Virus record (IMG/VR): IMGVR_UViG_3300025117_000049
Location: 32,828-96,827 of that record
Length of the DNA stretch: 64,000 nt
DNA from: a virus
Direction: 5' to 3' (one strand)
A program made the position numbers and the translations under genes. Of this stretch, positions 26,170 to 35,662 are shown in pieces. How positions within the stretch are numbered: position 1 is the stretch's first letter; each line of letters starts with the position of its first letter. Under the pieces are notes generated by a model that saw nothing but the letters and a program-made list of their open reading frames with translations, had not been told where the DNA came from and searched no databases.

Positions 26170-27113
26170 ATATCGGCGGCAATGTCATGGTCATCGGGGA
26201 TGTCATGCTGGATGAATACATCTTGGGAGAGACATCCAGGATTTCCCCGGAGGCTCCTGTCCCCGTAGTCGAGGTGGCCTCCCGTGAGCGTACCCTGGGC
26301 GGTGCCGGAAATGTGGCTTTGAACCTTGTTTCTCTCGGCTGCAAGACCTGGCTGTTTGGAGCTAGGGGTTCTGACCGCTCCGGGGACCGGCTTTGTGCCC
26401 TCCTTTCGAATAATGGCATTCTGGATCGGCTGGAGATCGACCCAGCCCTGCCTACGACCACCAAGACCAGGATTATCGCCAATGGCCAGCAGCTACTCAG
26501 GTTTGACGAAGAGAAGCGGTTTAATGGGTGGCACGGCAATTATGACATTATGATCTCAGATGCAATCACCACTCTGGCTGCCCAGATGGTCGGGGCTGTG
26601 GTTCTGTCTGACTACAATAAAGGGGTATTGTCCAGGGACCTGACATCCAGGTTGATCGACACTTGCCGGGGTATGGGCATCCCCATTCTGGTGGACCCCA
26701 AGCGGGGCGAATGGGATATCTATCATGGTGCCAGTCTGGTCAAGCCGAATCTGATGGAGCTATCCCAGGCCGCTGATATCCCGCTTCACAAGTTGGTTAA
26801 TGGGGAGATTGAATCAGCCTCCAGGAGACTCATGAAGGAACATGACATTGGTGCGGTTCTGGTCACCATGGGTGCCAAGGGAATGCTCTTGATTGATGAC
26901 CAGACCACCGAGGCCATAGAATCGAAAGCCCAGGAGGTATTTGATGTCTCTGGTGCCGGGGATACTGTAGTGGCTGTCATGGCCGCCTGCCTGTGCTCGG
27001 GTCATGGACTGTTGGAATCGGCCCGTATGGCCAATGCTGCGGCAGGGATTGTAGTGGGCAAGCGAGGCACTAGACCGGTGGCCCTGGCGGAGTTGGAGGC
27101 GGCCCATGATTGA
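26166..27113 (+). CDS. rfaE: heptose-7-phosphate kinase (HldE/RfaE kinase domain, PfkB family)
   Basis: VIGDVMLD...RISPEAPVPV, GGAGNVA, LSDYNKG, DVSGAGDTV; TTG start overlapping the upstream stop. Confidence 0.9.
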   Translation: MNIGGNVMVIGDVMLDEYILGETSRISPEAPVPVVEVASRERTLGGAGNVALNLVSLGCKTWLFGARGSDRSGDRLCALLSNNGILDRLEIDPALPTTTKTRIIANGQQLLRFDEEKRFNGWHGNYDIMISDAITTLAAQMVGAVVLSDYNKGVLSRDLTSRLIDTCRGMGIPILVDPKRGEWDIYHGASLVKPNLMELSQAADIPLHKLVNGEIESASRRLMKEHDIGAVLVTMGAKGMLLIDDQTTEAIESKAQEVFDVSGAGDTVVAVMAACLCSGHGLLESARMANAAAGIVVGKRGTRPVALAELEAAHD

Positions 27114-27873
27114 ACAATTCCTATCCGAAATCAAGGTCTATGATTTGCCTGTAACCAAAGGCAGGCTTGGCAACGAGGCCGATGGCGGCTATGTGGTTGC
27201 AATGGAGCACCTGGCCCTGGCAGAGAACCTATACAGTTTCGGCATCGGCAATGATGTGGGATTTGAGCTGGATTTTCTTCAGATGTTCCCAAGAGCTGGG
27301 GTTTTCCTGTTTGACCCGACCATTCAGGCTCCTCCGGTAGCCCATGAGCAATTCAGGTTTTTTCGCCAGGCTGTCGATTGCAATTCCAGGGATGGGGGCC
27401 TGCCGGAGAATGTTCCGTTTGATTCCATGCTCAAGATCGATGCTGAGTGGGCTGAGTGGGAAGCCCTGCTGGAAATGCCCCTCAACAGGTTACAGTTCAG
27501 TCAGATAATCATTGAATTCCATGTCCTTCATATGGAGCCTCGTTTCGGACTGTCGCCGTATTTCACCAACCTGTATCGGTCACTGACAGACAGACAGAAT
27601 GAGCAGCTGTTCCGGTTATATAGTCATGTCATGGTCTGGCTGAATACCTGGTACAGATGCTTCCATATCCATGTCAATAACTCCTTACCCATGGTCAAGG
27701 TCAGTGGCCATACATTTCCGCCGTTGCTGGAAATGACCTTCCTGCGTAATGACCTGGCAGGGACCGATATCAAGCCAACGGCAGGGCCGTTCCCGGTTCC
27801 TGGACTGGATTTTCCCAATAAGAAAGATCGACCAGATGTAATTAACTGGTTTCCTCTAATCAAGGAGGGGTGA
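27106..27873 (+). CDS. FkbM/Methyltransf_22-like methyltransferase
   Basis: RLG...DGGYV, SFGIG.D..FE, LKID.E..EW, QIIIEFH, H.NN. Confidence 0.8.
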   Translation: MIEQFLSEIKVYDLPVTKGRLGNEADGGYVVAMEHLALAENLYSFGIGNDVGFELDFLQMFPRAGVFLFDPTIQAPPVAHEQFRFFRQAVDCNSRDGGLPENVPFDSMLKIDAEWAEWEALLEMPLNRLQFSQIIIEFHVLHMEPRFGLSPYFTNLYRSLTDRQNEQLFRLYSHVMVWLNTWYRCFHIHVNNSLPMVKVSGHTFPPLLEMTFLRNDLAGTDIKPTAGPFPVPGLDFPNKKDRPDVINWFPLIKEG

Positions 27874-28604
27874 TGCTTAACGAACGCTCAAAACAGATCA
27901 GGCGGGATACAATAGCTCTTTCTAAGGCCAATGGCGGCTACCACTATGGGGGCTGTTTCTCCTATGTGGAAATCCTGATTGCCTTGTTCGACCATGTCAT
28001 GGGTCCAGATGACCGTTTCATCTTGAGCAAGGGACACGCCTGCTGGCCGTTGTATGTGATCTTACGGGAACGGGGCCTCAACCCCAAGCTTGGGGGCCAT
28101 CCGGAACGAGACCCAGCCAACGGCATCTGGGCCACCACCGGCTCTTTGGGCCATGGCCTGCCGACTGCCGTGGGCATGGCCCAGGCCAAGAAGATGAGAA
28201 ATGAGTCGGGCCGCATCTTCGTGGTCATGGGCGATGGTGAGTGCCAGGCCGGAACCATCTGGGAGTCTATGCTGATTGCCGCTAGGTTCAAGCTGGATAA
28301 TCTCGTGGTTATCGTGGACTGGAATGGGATCCAAGGGTCGGACTTCTGCGATAAGGTGCTCGATGCTGGGGGAGTCCGGGAGCTCGGGCTAGCTGCCATC
28401 ACTGGTTGGGAAGGAGTCCAGGTTGATGGCCATGACCTGGTTGAGCTTACTGATATTCTGTTCCAGGGATATCCGAGACCGGCCATGGTCGTTGCCATTA
28501 CCGTCAAGGGCAAAGGGGTTTCGTTCATGGAAGATGTCCCAAAGTGGCATGCATGTTGGCTGGCGCCCGCCCAAGAAAAACAAGCCCTTGAGGAGCTGGG
28601 ATGA
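27870..28604 (+). CDS. transketolase-like N-terminal (TPP-binding) subunit
   Basis: HYGG, DRFILSKGH, GSLGHG, GDGE...WE, KGKG. Confidence 0.93.
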   Translation: MMLNERSKQIRRDTIALSKANGGYHYGGCFSYVEILIALFDHVMGPDDRFILSKGHACWPLYVILRERGLNPKLGGHPERDPANGIWATTGSLGHGLPTAVGMAQAKKMRNESGRIFVVMGDGECQAGTIWESMLIAARFKLDNLVVIVDWNGIQGSDFCDKVLDAGGVRELGLAAITGWEGVQVDGHDLVELTDILFQGYPRPAMVVAITVKGKGVSFMEDVPKWHACWLAPAQEKQALEELG

Positions 28605-29383
28605 ATCTTAATGATATCGTCTTCGTTCCTTCAGTCCAGCATACGGGGACCTGGTTCGCCATCAATTTCCTGCGGAACTTTATCCCTAGGAACCGGGAAC
28701 TCCAGTTTGTTTTGGAGAAGGAGTTGGGACCGGGCGGGGCCGATATCAGGCACGAACATAAGTATGACAATCCCCTGGTGGAGTCGACAATCGTCCATAC
28801 CCATTTTCCCATTGTCCGCAACCTGAATATGGATGTAAACTGGCCAGAAGGAGAATTTTTCAGACGCTGGTATGCCAACCTGGGGACCTTACGTTCGCTC
28901 CCGCTCCAGACTATCCTTCTGTTCTGCAATTTCTTCAAGACTGTGATCCCGGTTAGGGACCCTATGGCAGCCATATTGACCCGGGAGGCCAGACACCCCC
29001 AACTCAGGCACTTTTACATCGTTGACGGATTCGTGGCCATGGCCACCGAGTTCGCCAAGCATCCAAATGTCAAGTTTCTGCCGGTGGACGCTGCCATCAC
29101 TGTAGAGCAGAAAGCGGCCTTGCTCCGGGATACCCTGACCCATGTTGGGATTGACCCGAACAGTCATCTGCCATTGCTTCATTCCCTGGCCCATAAGTGG
29201 CTCCCAGAGAATGTTACCCCAGGGAACCGCTTCAAATGGATGTATGAACATGGCGATCTGGATGGGCTGCGGGTTCTTCTGGGCGCCAAGTGGGCAGAGG
29301 TAGAGTACTTAAAGAACATGTCGTCGGTCATTCTGCCGTTTATGGCCAGCCTGGGCTATACCAGGGCACAGTTGAGGTATTAA
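28601..29383 (+). CDS. sulfotransferase-fold protein
   Basis: SVQHTGT (5'-PSB-like loop) and VIPVRDP (3'-PB-like). Confidence 0.5.
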   Translation: MNLNDIVFVPSVQHTGTWFAINFLRNFIPRNRELQFVLEKELGPGGADIRHEHKYDNPLVESTIVHTHFPIVRNLNMDVNWPEGEFFRRWYANLGTLRSLPLQTILLFCNFFKTVIPVRDPMAAILTREARHPQLRHFYIVDGFVAMATEFAKHPNVKFLPVDAAITVEQKAALLRDTLTHVGIDPNSHLPLLHSLAHKWLPENVTPGNRFKWMYEHGDLDGLRVLLGAKWAEVEYLKNMSSVILPFMASLGYTRAQLRY

Positions 29384-29393
29384 GGAGCTAATC

Positions 29394-29876
29394 ATGCGCG
29401 TGCAATTTGGGAAAACTATCGTAAAACTTGCCAGCAAAGACGAACGGATCGTTTTGTTGTCCGGAGATGTCCTCCAGGAGATGGACGAATTTCAGGAGAA
29501 GTTTCCCGATCGCTTCTTCAACCTCGGCATCTGTGAGCAGAGTATCATCGGGGTGGCCGCCGGTCTGGCCATCGGGGGCATGAGGCCTGTGGTCTATTCG
29601 CTGACCCCTTTTGTCTTGGAGCGGCCATTCGAAGCCGTGAAGATAGACATCGACGAGCAGAACCTTCCGGTCATGTTGATTGGGTTCAGTGACTATCCCA
29701 CCCATGGTCCGACACACAGGCCCCTCAATGCCGAAGGTCTAGTGGCCCTGTTCAAGAACATTCATGGGTTCTTTCCCCGAAGCTCAATGGAGACAGAGAA
29801 GGCCATGCTCGACGCCTATCTGATGGGCGTCCCGGCCGCCATCTGCCTCAAGAAAGAAGGGTTGCCATTCATATGA
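29394..29876 (+). CDS. transketolase-like pyrimidine-binding subunit (short)
   Basis: FPDRFFNLGICEQ, AAGLA..G, RPFE, GPTH. Confidence 0.9.
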   Translation: MRVQFGKTIVKLASKDERIVLLSGDVLQEMDEFQEKFPDRFFNLGICEQSIIGVAAGLAIGGMRPVVYSLTPFVLERPFEAVKIDIDEQNLPVMLIGFSDYPTHGPTHRPLNAEGLVALFKNIHGFFPRSSMETEKAMLDAYLMGVPAAICLKKEGLPFI

Positions 29877-30535
29877 ACCGAGTCAAATATGCTGAAACAT
29901 TGGGCCGATTGCTCTTGAACCCTCCGGAGGGATTTCAGGTGGTGGCCAATCACATAGACGATTCTGGAGTCCATCCAGAATCTTTCGTTGATTATGAATG
30001 TGCCTTTGCTGCACAGGCCCTGAAACCCACCAAGTCTCGAATGGTTCTTGACGTGGGGTCATATCGGCACTTCGTCCTGGGGCTGACCTCGTGTTATGAT
30101 GTGACCTCGGTCGATGTCCGCCTGAGGCAAGCCCTGGGACCGAACGAGGCAAGTGTAGCCTGTGATGCCAGCAGATTGCTATTGGCCCAGGGAAGATTCG
30201 ATGCAGTGGTCAGCCTCTGTTCCCTGGAACACTTTGGCCTTGGCCGCTACGGTGATCCCCTGGACCTGGGGGCCGATGCCAAGGCATTTGCAGAATGGAT
30301 TAGGGTGCTCAAGCCAGGTGGTCATCTTATATTCAGTACCACCATCGGGCATCCCTGCATCTGTTTCAATGCTCATCGGATTTACAGCCATGGGATGATC
30401 CAGGGATTCTGCTCTGGCATGGAACTGGTCAAGGAGCAGGTTTATAGTAAGGACCTGGGGATGGTACCGGTAGGACAAGAAGTTCAACGACTGGGTTGGT
30501 GGGATATCTATCTCGGACACTGGAGGAAACCCTAA
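29873..30535 (+). CDS. DUF268-type SAM methyltransferase
   Basis: LDVGS, SLEHFGLGRYGDPLD, LKPGG, FNAHRIY. Confidence 0.85.
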   Translation: MNRVKYAETLGRLLLNPPEGFQVVANHIDDSGVHPESFVDYECAFAAQALKPTKSRMVLDVGSYRHFVLGLTSCYDVTSVDVRLRQALGPNEASVACDASRLLLAQGRFDAVVSLCSLEHFGLGRYGDPLDLGADAKAFAEWIRVLKPGGHLIFSTTIGHPCICFNAHRIYSHGMIQGFCSGMELVKEQVYSKDLGMVPVGQEVQRLGWWDIYLGHWRKP

Positions 30536-30537
30536 CC

Positions 30538-32973
30538 ATGGGGAATATCAATTGTGTATGCGGCTGTGATAAGGTCGAGGCAGTGGAGCAGGAGGCCTAT
30601 CAGGTTAGCCAGGCAGGAGTCACCTCCAAGGTCGAGGGCGAGGCTACAGCCTTGGGAAGATGCACCGAGTGCGGAGTCATCCGCCAGCTGGAGATGCCGT
30701 TTGTCAATGAGGAAGAGTACCAGCAATATTATCGGACCCAGTATGCCCCGGTCGGGGGTGACTACAAGGCCAAGGATTACAAACACGACTTGAAGCTGGC
30801 TGCCAGTCGTTGCAAGGACTATGGGGTCAAGGCCGGACTCAGAATTCTTGATGTGGGCTCCGGGTCCGGGGCCTTTGTGGATGAGGCCAGAAGGATAGGT
30901 GCTGAGGCCTATGGCTGCGAGATCGGCAAGTATCATTATGCTGGCAAGGCCGATGACGAGTTTGTCTATCGGAAACGGTTCGAGGATGTTAACTTCCCCA
31001 CCGATCATTTCGACATGGTGGTCTGTCATGATGTCCTGGAGCACGTTCTGGATCCAGCCAAGTTTGTTTCCGAACTGCTCAGAGTGACCAAGCAGCATGG
31101 AGTCTGCTTCCTGGATTTTCCCAGGTATTTCCATGAAGCTGGTCGCCACCACTGGAAGCGGTTTGAGCATGTCTGGTTCTTGACCCGGGAACAGCTCCAT
31201 GGGCTGCTGGCCAATGCTGGCTTCAAGGTAGTATCTGTTGATCATCCCATTGAATCAAAATTGTTATTCAAGTTGATCAAGCTACCATGTAGCCATCCAT
31301 CAATACTGGTGCCTCCAGGCATGGGGGATTCGTACTGGTCCATCGTTAAGATGCGGGCCTTCCTGAAACGAGAGGGGTTGGGTCTGCCAGACATCGCTGT
31401 GGTCTGCCCTAGGGAGAAGAAATACGATGGCCATAAGCGGTCATTTCCATTCTTGGAGATGTTCCCCTTCATCCACTCATCCGGGATTAACATAGACGGA
31501 GCCAGTCCTGAGCTCCGGCCTATCTGGAAAGAGGCTTATGGCCGCCCAGGCCGCACCATATTCCAGAATGTAGGAGGATTCGACTATTTCATTGCCTACA
31601 ACGGCCATCTCAGGGTCGGGGAATCCCTGGAGCAGATAGACCCAGACCTTGAGTGTGAATGGGTTCCTCCCATGTTTGTCTCCCTGGAGCAGGAGCGATT
31701 TAGGGATCAGATGGTAGCCAGGCATGGCAAATACATGATTTTCTATTTTGCCTTCCAGGGCACCTATGCCTACTGGACCCAGGAGTTCAAGGTTAATGAA
31801 CTGGTCGATTCAGTAAATGCCATTGTCAAGAAGACTGGATTGATCCCGGTGATCGCAGGGGAGCGCTGGGATAGGGATAATCTCAAGGTGCAGCTGGTTA
31901 TCAAGGCCATTCCCAAGGCTGTCGACATGACTGGCAAGACCAGCCTGGAGCAGGTTTTCGGGATGATTCGGGGTGCCCAGGCAGTGTTCGGGTTTCCTTC
32001 TGGCCTGACCATCATGTCCACGGTTCTGGGCCAGAAGACAATGATTTTGTGGAACGATTTCTACATGCGGGAGTTCCAGAAATTCAGCTGCCCTCCGGAT
32101 ACTTGGGGAAAGACCTATTTTGCCGAGAATACCCTGAACATGTCTCGCGATTACTTGACAGACTGGGTGGTCGAGAAGATCACCGGAGAGGAAAACAAAG
32201 TCATCCGACCGGCTCTTCCCCCGCAAGACTCCATAATTGACGGGGTGACTACCACCCCGGAGAAATTGTTCTTGCCCAAGTCCAGGCTACACCGCCGTCG
32301 TGTTGCCAAAGTGCCAATCGGTCAGCCGTCACCGGCCCAGGACTGTACCATAGTCTGCGTGCTCAAAACCGGTGGCGATTTTGATGAGCGATATGTTATT
32401 AATCTTAAGAATATGTTGTCTCATAATCTTAAGGTCCCATTCAGGTTCGTCTGTCTGACCGATCTTGACAGGATAGTTGGATGCGAGACAATCACCCTGA
32501 AGGACAACCTGGAAGGCTGGTGGTCCAAGGTGGAGATATTCCGTCCTGGTCTGCTCGGAGATGGGTTGAAGATTTACTTCGATCTGGATACAGTAATGAT
32601 CGACAATGTTGATGACTTGGCATTGTTGTATGGAAGCCTGTATGGCCTGCGACCCTGGAACCTCAAGAATCGGAATGCCGGGGAGATGGCCGCTGGGCTG
32701 ATAGCTTGGAGGGGTAACTCATGCGACTTCCTATATGAACAATTTAACAAGTCGATAATTCCCAGCTACAGGAGCCCACAGGATTATTTCTCCAAGACGC
32801 TGATTGCATCGGGTAAGCCCTGGACCCCATTGCAGGATGTGGTCCAGGGTATCAAGTCATATAAGCGGGAATGCCGGGCTGGAGTTCCCGCCGGTACAAA
32901 AATTATCTGTTTTCATGGCAGGCCCAGGATCCATGAGTGTGAGAATGGTTGGGTCAAGAAGGCTTGGCGCTGA
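30538..32973 (+). CDS. multidomain methyltransferase + GT9-like (GT-B) + GT-A glycosyltransferase
   Basis: ILDVGSGSG, HDVLEH; PGMGD...DMTGKTSL...SGL; CVLKTGG...WWSK..F...YFDLD...FHG.P. Confidence 0.85.
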   Translation: MGNINCVCGCDKVEAVEQEAYQVSQAGVTSKVEGEATALGRCTECGVIRQLEMPFVNEEEYQQYYRTQYAPVGGDYKAKDYKHDLKLAASRCKDYGVKAGLRILDVGSGSGAFVDEARRIGAEAYGCEIGKYHYAGKADDEFVYRKRFEDVNFPTDHFDMVVCHDVLEHVLDPAKFVSELLRVTKQHGVCFLDFPRYFHEAGRHHWKRFEHVWFLTREQLHGLLANAGFKVVSVDHPIESKLLFKLIKLPCSHPSILVPPGMGDSYWSIVKMRAFLKREGLGLPDIAVVCPREKKYDGHKRSFPFLEMFPFIHSSGINIDGASPELRPIWKEAYGRPGRTIFQNVGGFDYFIAYNGHLRVGESLEQIDPDLECEWVPPMFVSLEQERFRDQMVARHGKYMIFYFAFQGTYAYWTQEFKVNELVDSVNAIVKKTGLIPVIAGERWDRDNLKVQLVIKAIPKAVDMTGKTSLEQVFGMIRGAQAVFGFPSGLTIMSTVLGQKTMILWNDFYMREFQKFSCPPDTWGKTYFAENTLNMSRDYLTDWVVEKITGEENKVIRPALPPQDSIIDGVTTTPEKLFLPKSRLHRRRVAKVPIGQPSPAQDCTIVCVLKTGGDFDERYVINLKNMLSHNLKVPFRFVCLTDLDRIVGCETITLKDNLEGWWSKVEIFRPGLLGDGLKIYFDLDTVMIDNVDDLALLYGSLYGLRPWNLKNRNAGEMAAGLIAWRGNSCDFLYEQFNKSIIPSYRSPQDYFSKTLIASGKPWTPLQDVVQGIKSYKRECRAGVPAGTKIICFHGRPRIHECENGWVKKAWR

Positions 32974-33335
32974 TGGTTATCTTGGTTACGGGCCGCCCTG
33001 GGGCGGGTAAGACCCATCATGCCCGTGCGCTGGCCGCCGAATATGGTAAGAGGGGAATCCCTGCTTCGGTGCTTGATGGAGATGAGGTACGGGCTGAGAC
33101 TAATAATCATGATTTTACTGATGAGGGTCGTATCCGGCACCTCGAAAAGATCGCTGGCATGGCGGCTGTATTTGAAAGTCATGGCATTATTGCCATTGTG
33201 GCAGTCGTGGCCCCCAAGCTGGAATGGCGTAATAGAATGAGGACAGCATGGCAAAACAGCAGGCTGGTCTATATCCCAGGAGGTACACTCTGGACTGGTA
33301 CTGAATATGAGGTTCCATTCGATGACGAGTATTGA
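32973..33335 (+). CDS. cysC: adenylyl-sulfate (APS) kinase-like, short
   Basis: TGRPGAGKT, LDGDEVR, DFTDEGR. Confidence 0.8.
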   Translation: MVILVTGRPGAGKTHHARALAAEYGKRGIPASVLDGDEVRAETNNHDFTDEGRIRHLEKIAGMAAVFESHGIIAIVAVVAPKLEWRNRMRTAWQNSRLVYIPGGTLWTGTEYEVPFDDEY

Positions 33336-34035
33336 GAAACTCCCTGACCCGATTCTGATCACCGGCTGTGCCCGTAGCGGAACATCTATGATCGCCGGGG
33401 CCATACACCTGTGCGGAGCCTTTGGTGGAGTCACCGTAGGACCGAACCGCCATAACGCCAAGGGGATGTTTGAAAACTACAGGATCAGGGAAGTGGTCAC
33501 CAAACCTTACCTGCGGAGTCTGGGGGTCGACCCCTTGGGCCAGTACCCGCTCCCGGATGCAGCTACCCTGTTAATCCCTAATGATTGGCGGGGTAAGGTT
33601 GAACAGGTGTTTAGGGACGAAGGGTACAAGTCTGGTCCGCTTTTCTACAAAGGGGCAAAGTGCTGCCTTTTCTGGCCTGTATGGCATCACGCCTTCCCAA
33701 ATGCCCGCTGGATCATTGTCCGCCGTCATAGACAGGATATTGTTACCAGCTGCATGAAGACTGGATTCATGCGGGCTTTCAGGAATACCAGGATACAAAA
33801 GGCTGTTGGGGCAGCAGATGAACAGGAAGGCTGGGCTTGGTGGGTTGAACAACATCTTATCAGGTTCCGCGAGATGCAGGATGCCGGCTTGAATTGTCGG
33901 GTAATCTGGCCAGAGAAGATGATCCAAGGTGATTACCAACCACTCTATGAAACAATCGAGTGGCTTGGCTTGAAATGGAACAGTGAGGTTTTATCTTGGG
34001 TTGACCCAAAATTATGGAAGGCGAGGAGAAAATAA
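33322..34035 (+). CDS. sulfotransferase family protein
   Basis: ILITGCARSGTS, G.FE, FPNARWIIVRR...IV.S. Confidence 0.85.
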   Translation: MTSIEKLPDPILITGCARSGTSMIAGAIHLCGAFGGVTVGPNRHNAKGMFENYRIREVVTKPYLRSLGVDPLGQYPLPDAATLLIPNDWRGKVEQVFRDEGYKSGPLFYKGAKCCLFWPVWHHAFPNARWIIVRRHRQDIVTSCMKTGFMRAFRNTRIQKAVGAADEQEGWAWWVEQHLIRFREMQDAGLNCRVIWPEKMIQGDYQPLYETIEWLGLKWNSEVLSWVDPKLWKARRK

Positions 34036-34045
34036 GGAGGTCATA

Positions 34046-34423
34046 ATGTCCAGTAGAACCTCGGCAGCCGCCGTCAAGGCCATAATGAAAACCGCCGTGA
34101 CCGAAGCACAGATCACAGCCAGCGGCATCCTGGACGATGCTTATAACTTCGTCACTGCCAAGCTCGGTGGCCAATCTCTGGGAAATGACCTGCTGGCATC
34201 CATTGAGAAATGGGTTGCTGCCCACATGGTGTCTGCCGGCCTTGACCGGCAGATAAGCGAAGGAAAAGGCGGCTCAGCCTCAGCTAAATATACTGGCCAA
34301 TACAATATGAATCTCCAGATGACGAGCTATGGCCAAATGGCGTGCAGTTTGGACTCTACCGGAATCTTGGCTGCGGCCGGCCTTAAGACCGTTTATGCTA
34401 AAGCGGTTGTGAGTTTCTCATGA
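34046..34423 (+). CDS. head-tail adaptor
   Basis: IEKWVAAH, L..T.YGQ.A..LD.TG.L; first neck gene. Confidence 0.75.
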   Translation: MSSRTSAAAVKAIMKTAVTEAQITASGILDDAYNFVTAKLGGQSLGNDLLASIEKWVAAHMVSAGLDRQISEGKGGSASAKYTGQYNMNLQMTSYGQMACSLDSTGILAAAGLKTVYAKAVVSFS

Positions 34424-34815
34424 GCCTCCAGGGATTCATAGAGCAGGTAGCGGTGCAGACGGCGGTCTACTGGGGGAATCCCAGGGCTGGAAGCGCCGGG
34501 GACATGGTCTGGGACGACCCAGTAGAGGTTAAAGTTCGCTGGGACAATGTGACCAAACTCATCCGAGACGCCAAGGGAAAGGAGATTGCTTGTCGGGCTG
34601 AGGTGCTGTTGGCTGGTCAGCTTGAGGATGATGGAACAGTGACCCCCATTGACCTGGATGTGGACGGCCGCTTGTATCTGGGCAGCCTGGATGACCTGGA
34701 TTCCGGACAGGAGGACGACCCACTGTCGGTAGATGGAGCCTGGGTAATAATGCGCTTTGATAAGACGCCTGAATTTGGGTCCGCTGAGGATTTTGTTCGA
34801 ACTGCCTTCCTATAA
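34420..34815 (+). CDS. head closure protein
   Basis: QTAVYW...DPVEVKVRW; synteny. Confidence 0.7.
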   Translation: MSLQGFIEQVAVQTAVYWGNPRAGSAGDMVWDDPVEVKVRWDNVTKLIRDAKGKEIACRAEVLLAGQLEDDGTVTPIDLDVDGRLYLGSLDDLDSGQEDDPLSVDGAWVIMRFDKTPEFGSAEDFVRTAFL

Positions 34816-34824
34816 GGAGAGGCC

Positions 34825-35196
34825 ATGGCATTTCTCAAGGGTTTCGATACAGTATTACGCAATTTGAACAAGGAAATTAAAGCTATTGAGGGCCGGTCCT
34901 TGAAAGGAATGCTCCTGGCAGTGGCTGAGATCAGGAAGGATATTGATTCCGTGCCACCGGTTATTCCGGTTGATACAGGCAATCTTCGTGGTAGCTGGTT
35001 TGCCTATCCATTGGAACTGCCGATTGGTCCAGCTGTGATCTTCGGGTTTTCGGCCAATTACGCAGTTTACGTCCATGAACTTTTGGGAGCCCATTTCCGG
35101 CGTCCTGGGGCAGGGCCTAAGTTTCTACAGGCCCACATCCGGCGGACCAAGGAACGCACGCTACGGATCATTGGCGATAATGCAAGGATAAAATAA
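34825..35196 (+). CDS. HK97 gp10-like neck protein
   Basis: PVDTGNLRGS, YAVYVHE, KFL. Confidence 0.8.
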   Translation: MAFLKGFDTVLRNLNKEIKAIEGRSLKGMLLAVAEIRKDIDSVPPVIPVDTGNLRGSWFAYPLELPIGPAVIFGFSANYAVYVHELLGAHFRRPGAGPKFLQAHIRRTKERTLRIIGDNARIK

Positions 35197-35595
35197 ATGA
35201 ATCCAGCCTCGTTTGACATCCGAGATATATTGGCGGCGGCAGGACTGGGCCTGACGGCCGGGGTCAACCTGTTCCCTGGAGAAGAACCGGCTAGCCCGGC
35301 CAACTGTGTCACCGTGTATGATACGCCAGGCTCGGCACCCATGCTCACCCAAGATCGGACTGAGCGATATGACCATCCGGCCATCCAGGTCAAGGTCCGC
35401 AACATCAGCTACACCAATGCCCAAGCTCTAATTGAGGCCATTAAGGTGGAGTTGCATGGTCTGGCCCATCATGTGCAGGGAGGAGCGTCATATGAGCTGG
35501 TGAAATGTGACCAAGACCCGTTCTCGCTTGGCAAGGATGAGACCGGTAGGTCTATGTGGATCTGTAATTTCAGCATCCAGCGTCGCCCAATATAA
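35197..35595 (+). CDS. tail terminator protein
   Basis: VYDT.G, P.IQV.VR, LG.DE..R...NF. Confidence 0.75.
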   Translation: MNPASFDIRDILAAAGLGLTAGVNLFPGEEPASPANCVTVYDTPGSAPMLTQDRTERYDHPAIQVKVRNISYTNAQALIEAIKVELHGLAHHVQGGASYELVKCDQDPFSLGKDETGRSMWICNFSIQRRPI

Positions 35596-35598
35596 ACT

Positions 35599-35631
35599 TT
35601 AGGGGTTTTGGCCCGGAATATTTATATTTAA
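35599..35631 (+). promoter_or_regulatory. putative late promoter upstream of the tail tube gene
   Basis: TTAGGGGTTTTGGCCCGGAATATTTATATTTAA. Confidence 0.7.
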
Positions 35632-35662
35632 CCTATAAGAGGCTTAAAGGGAGGGCAAGTAC

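Noticed and set aside
24220-29876. Host chromosomal LPS locus or prophage boundary
   Set aside because: The genes are overlap-coupled within the phage late operon between capsid and neck genes, with no att site, integrase or host housekeeping genes.
27870-29876. Pentose-phosphate auxiliary metabolic transketolase
   Set aside because: The split, shortened form and the sugar-modification context fit specialised sugar biosynthesis better.
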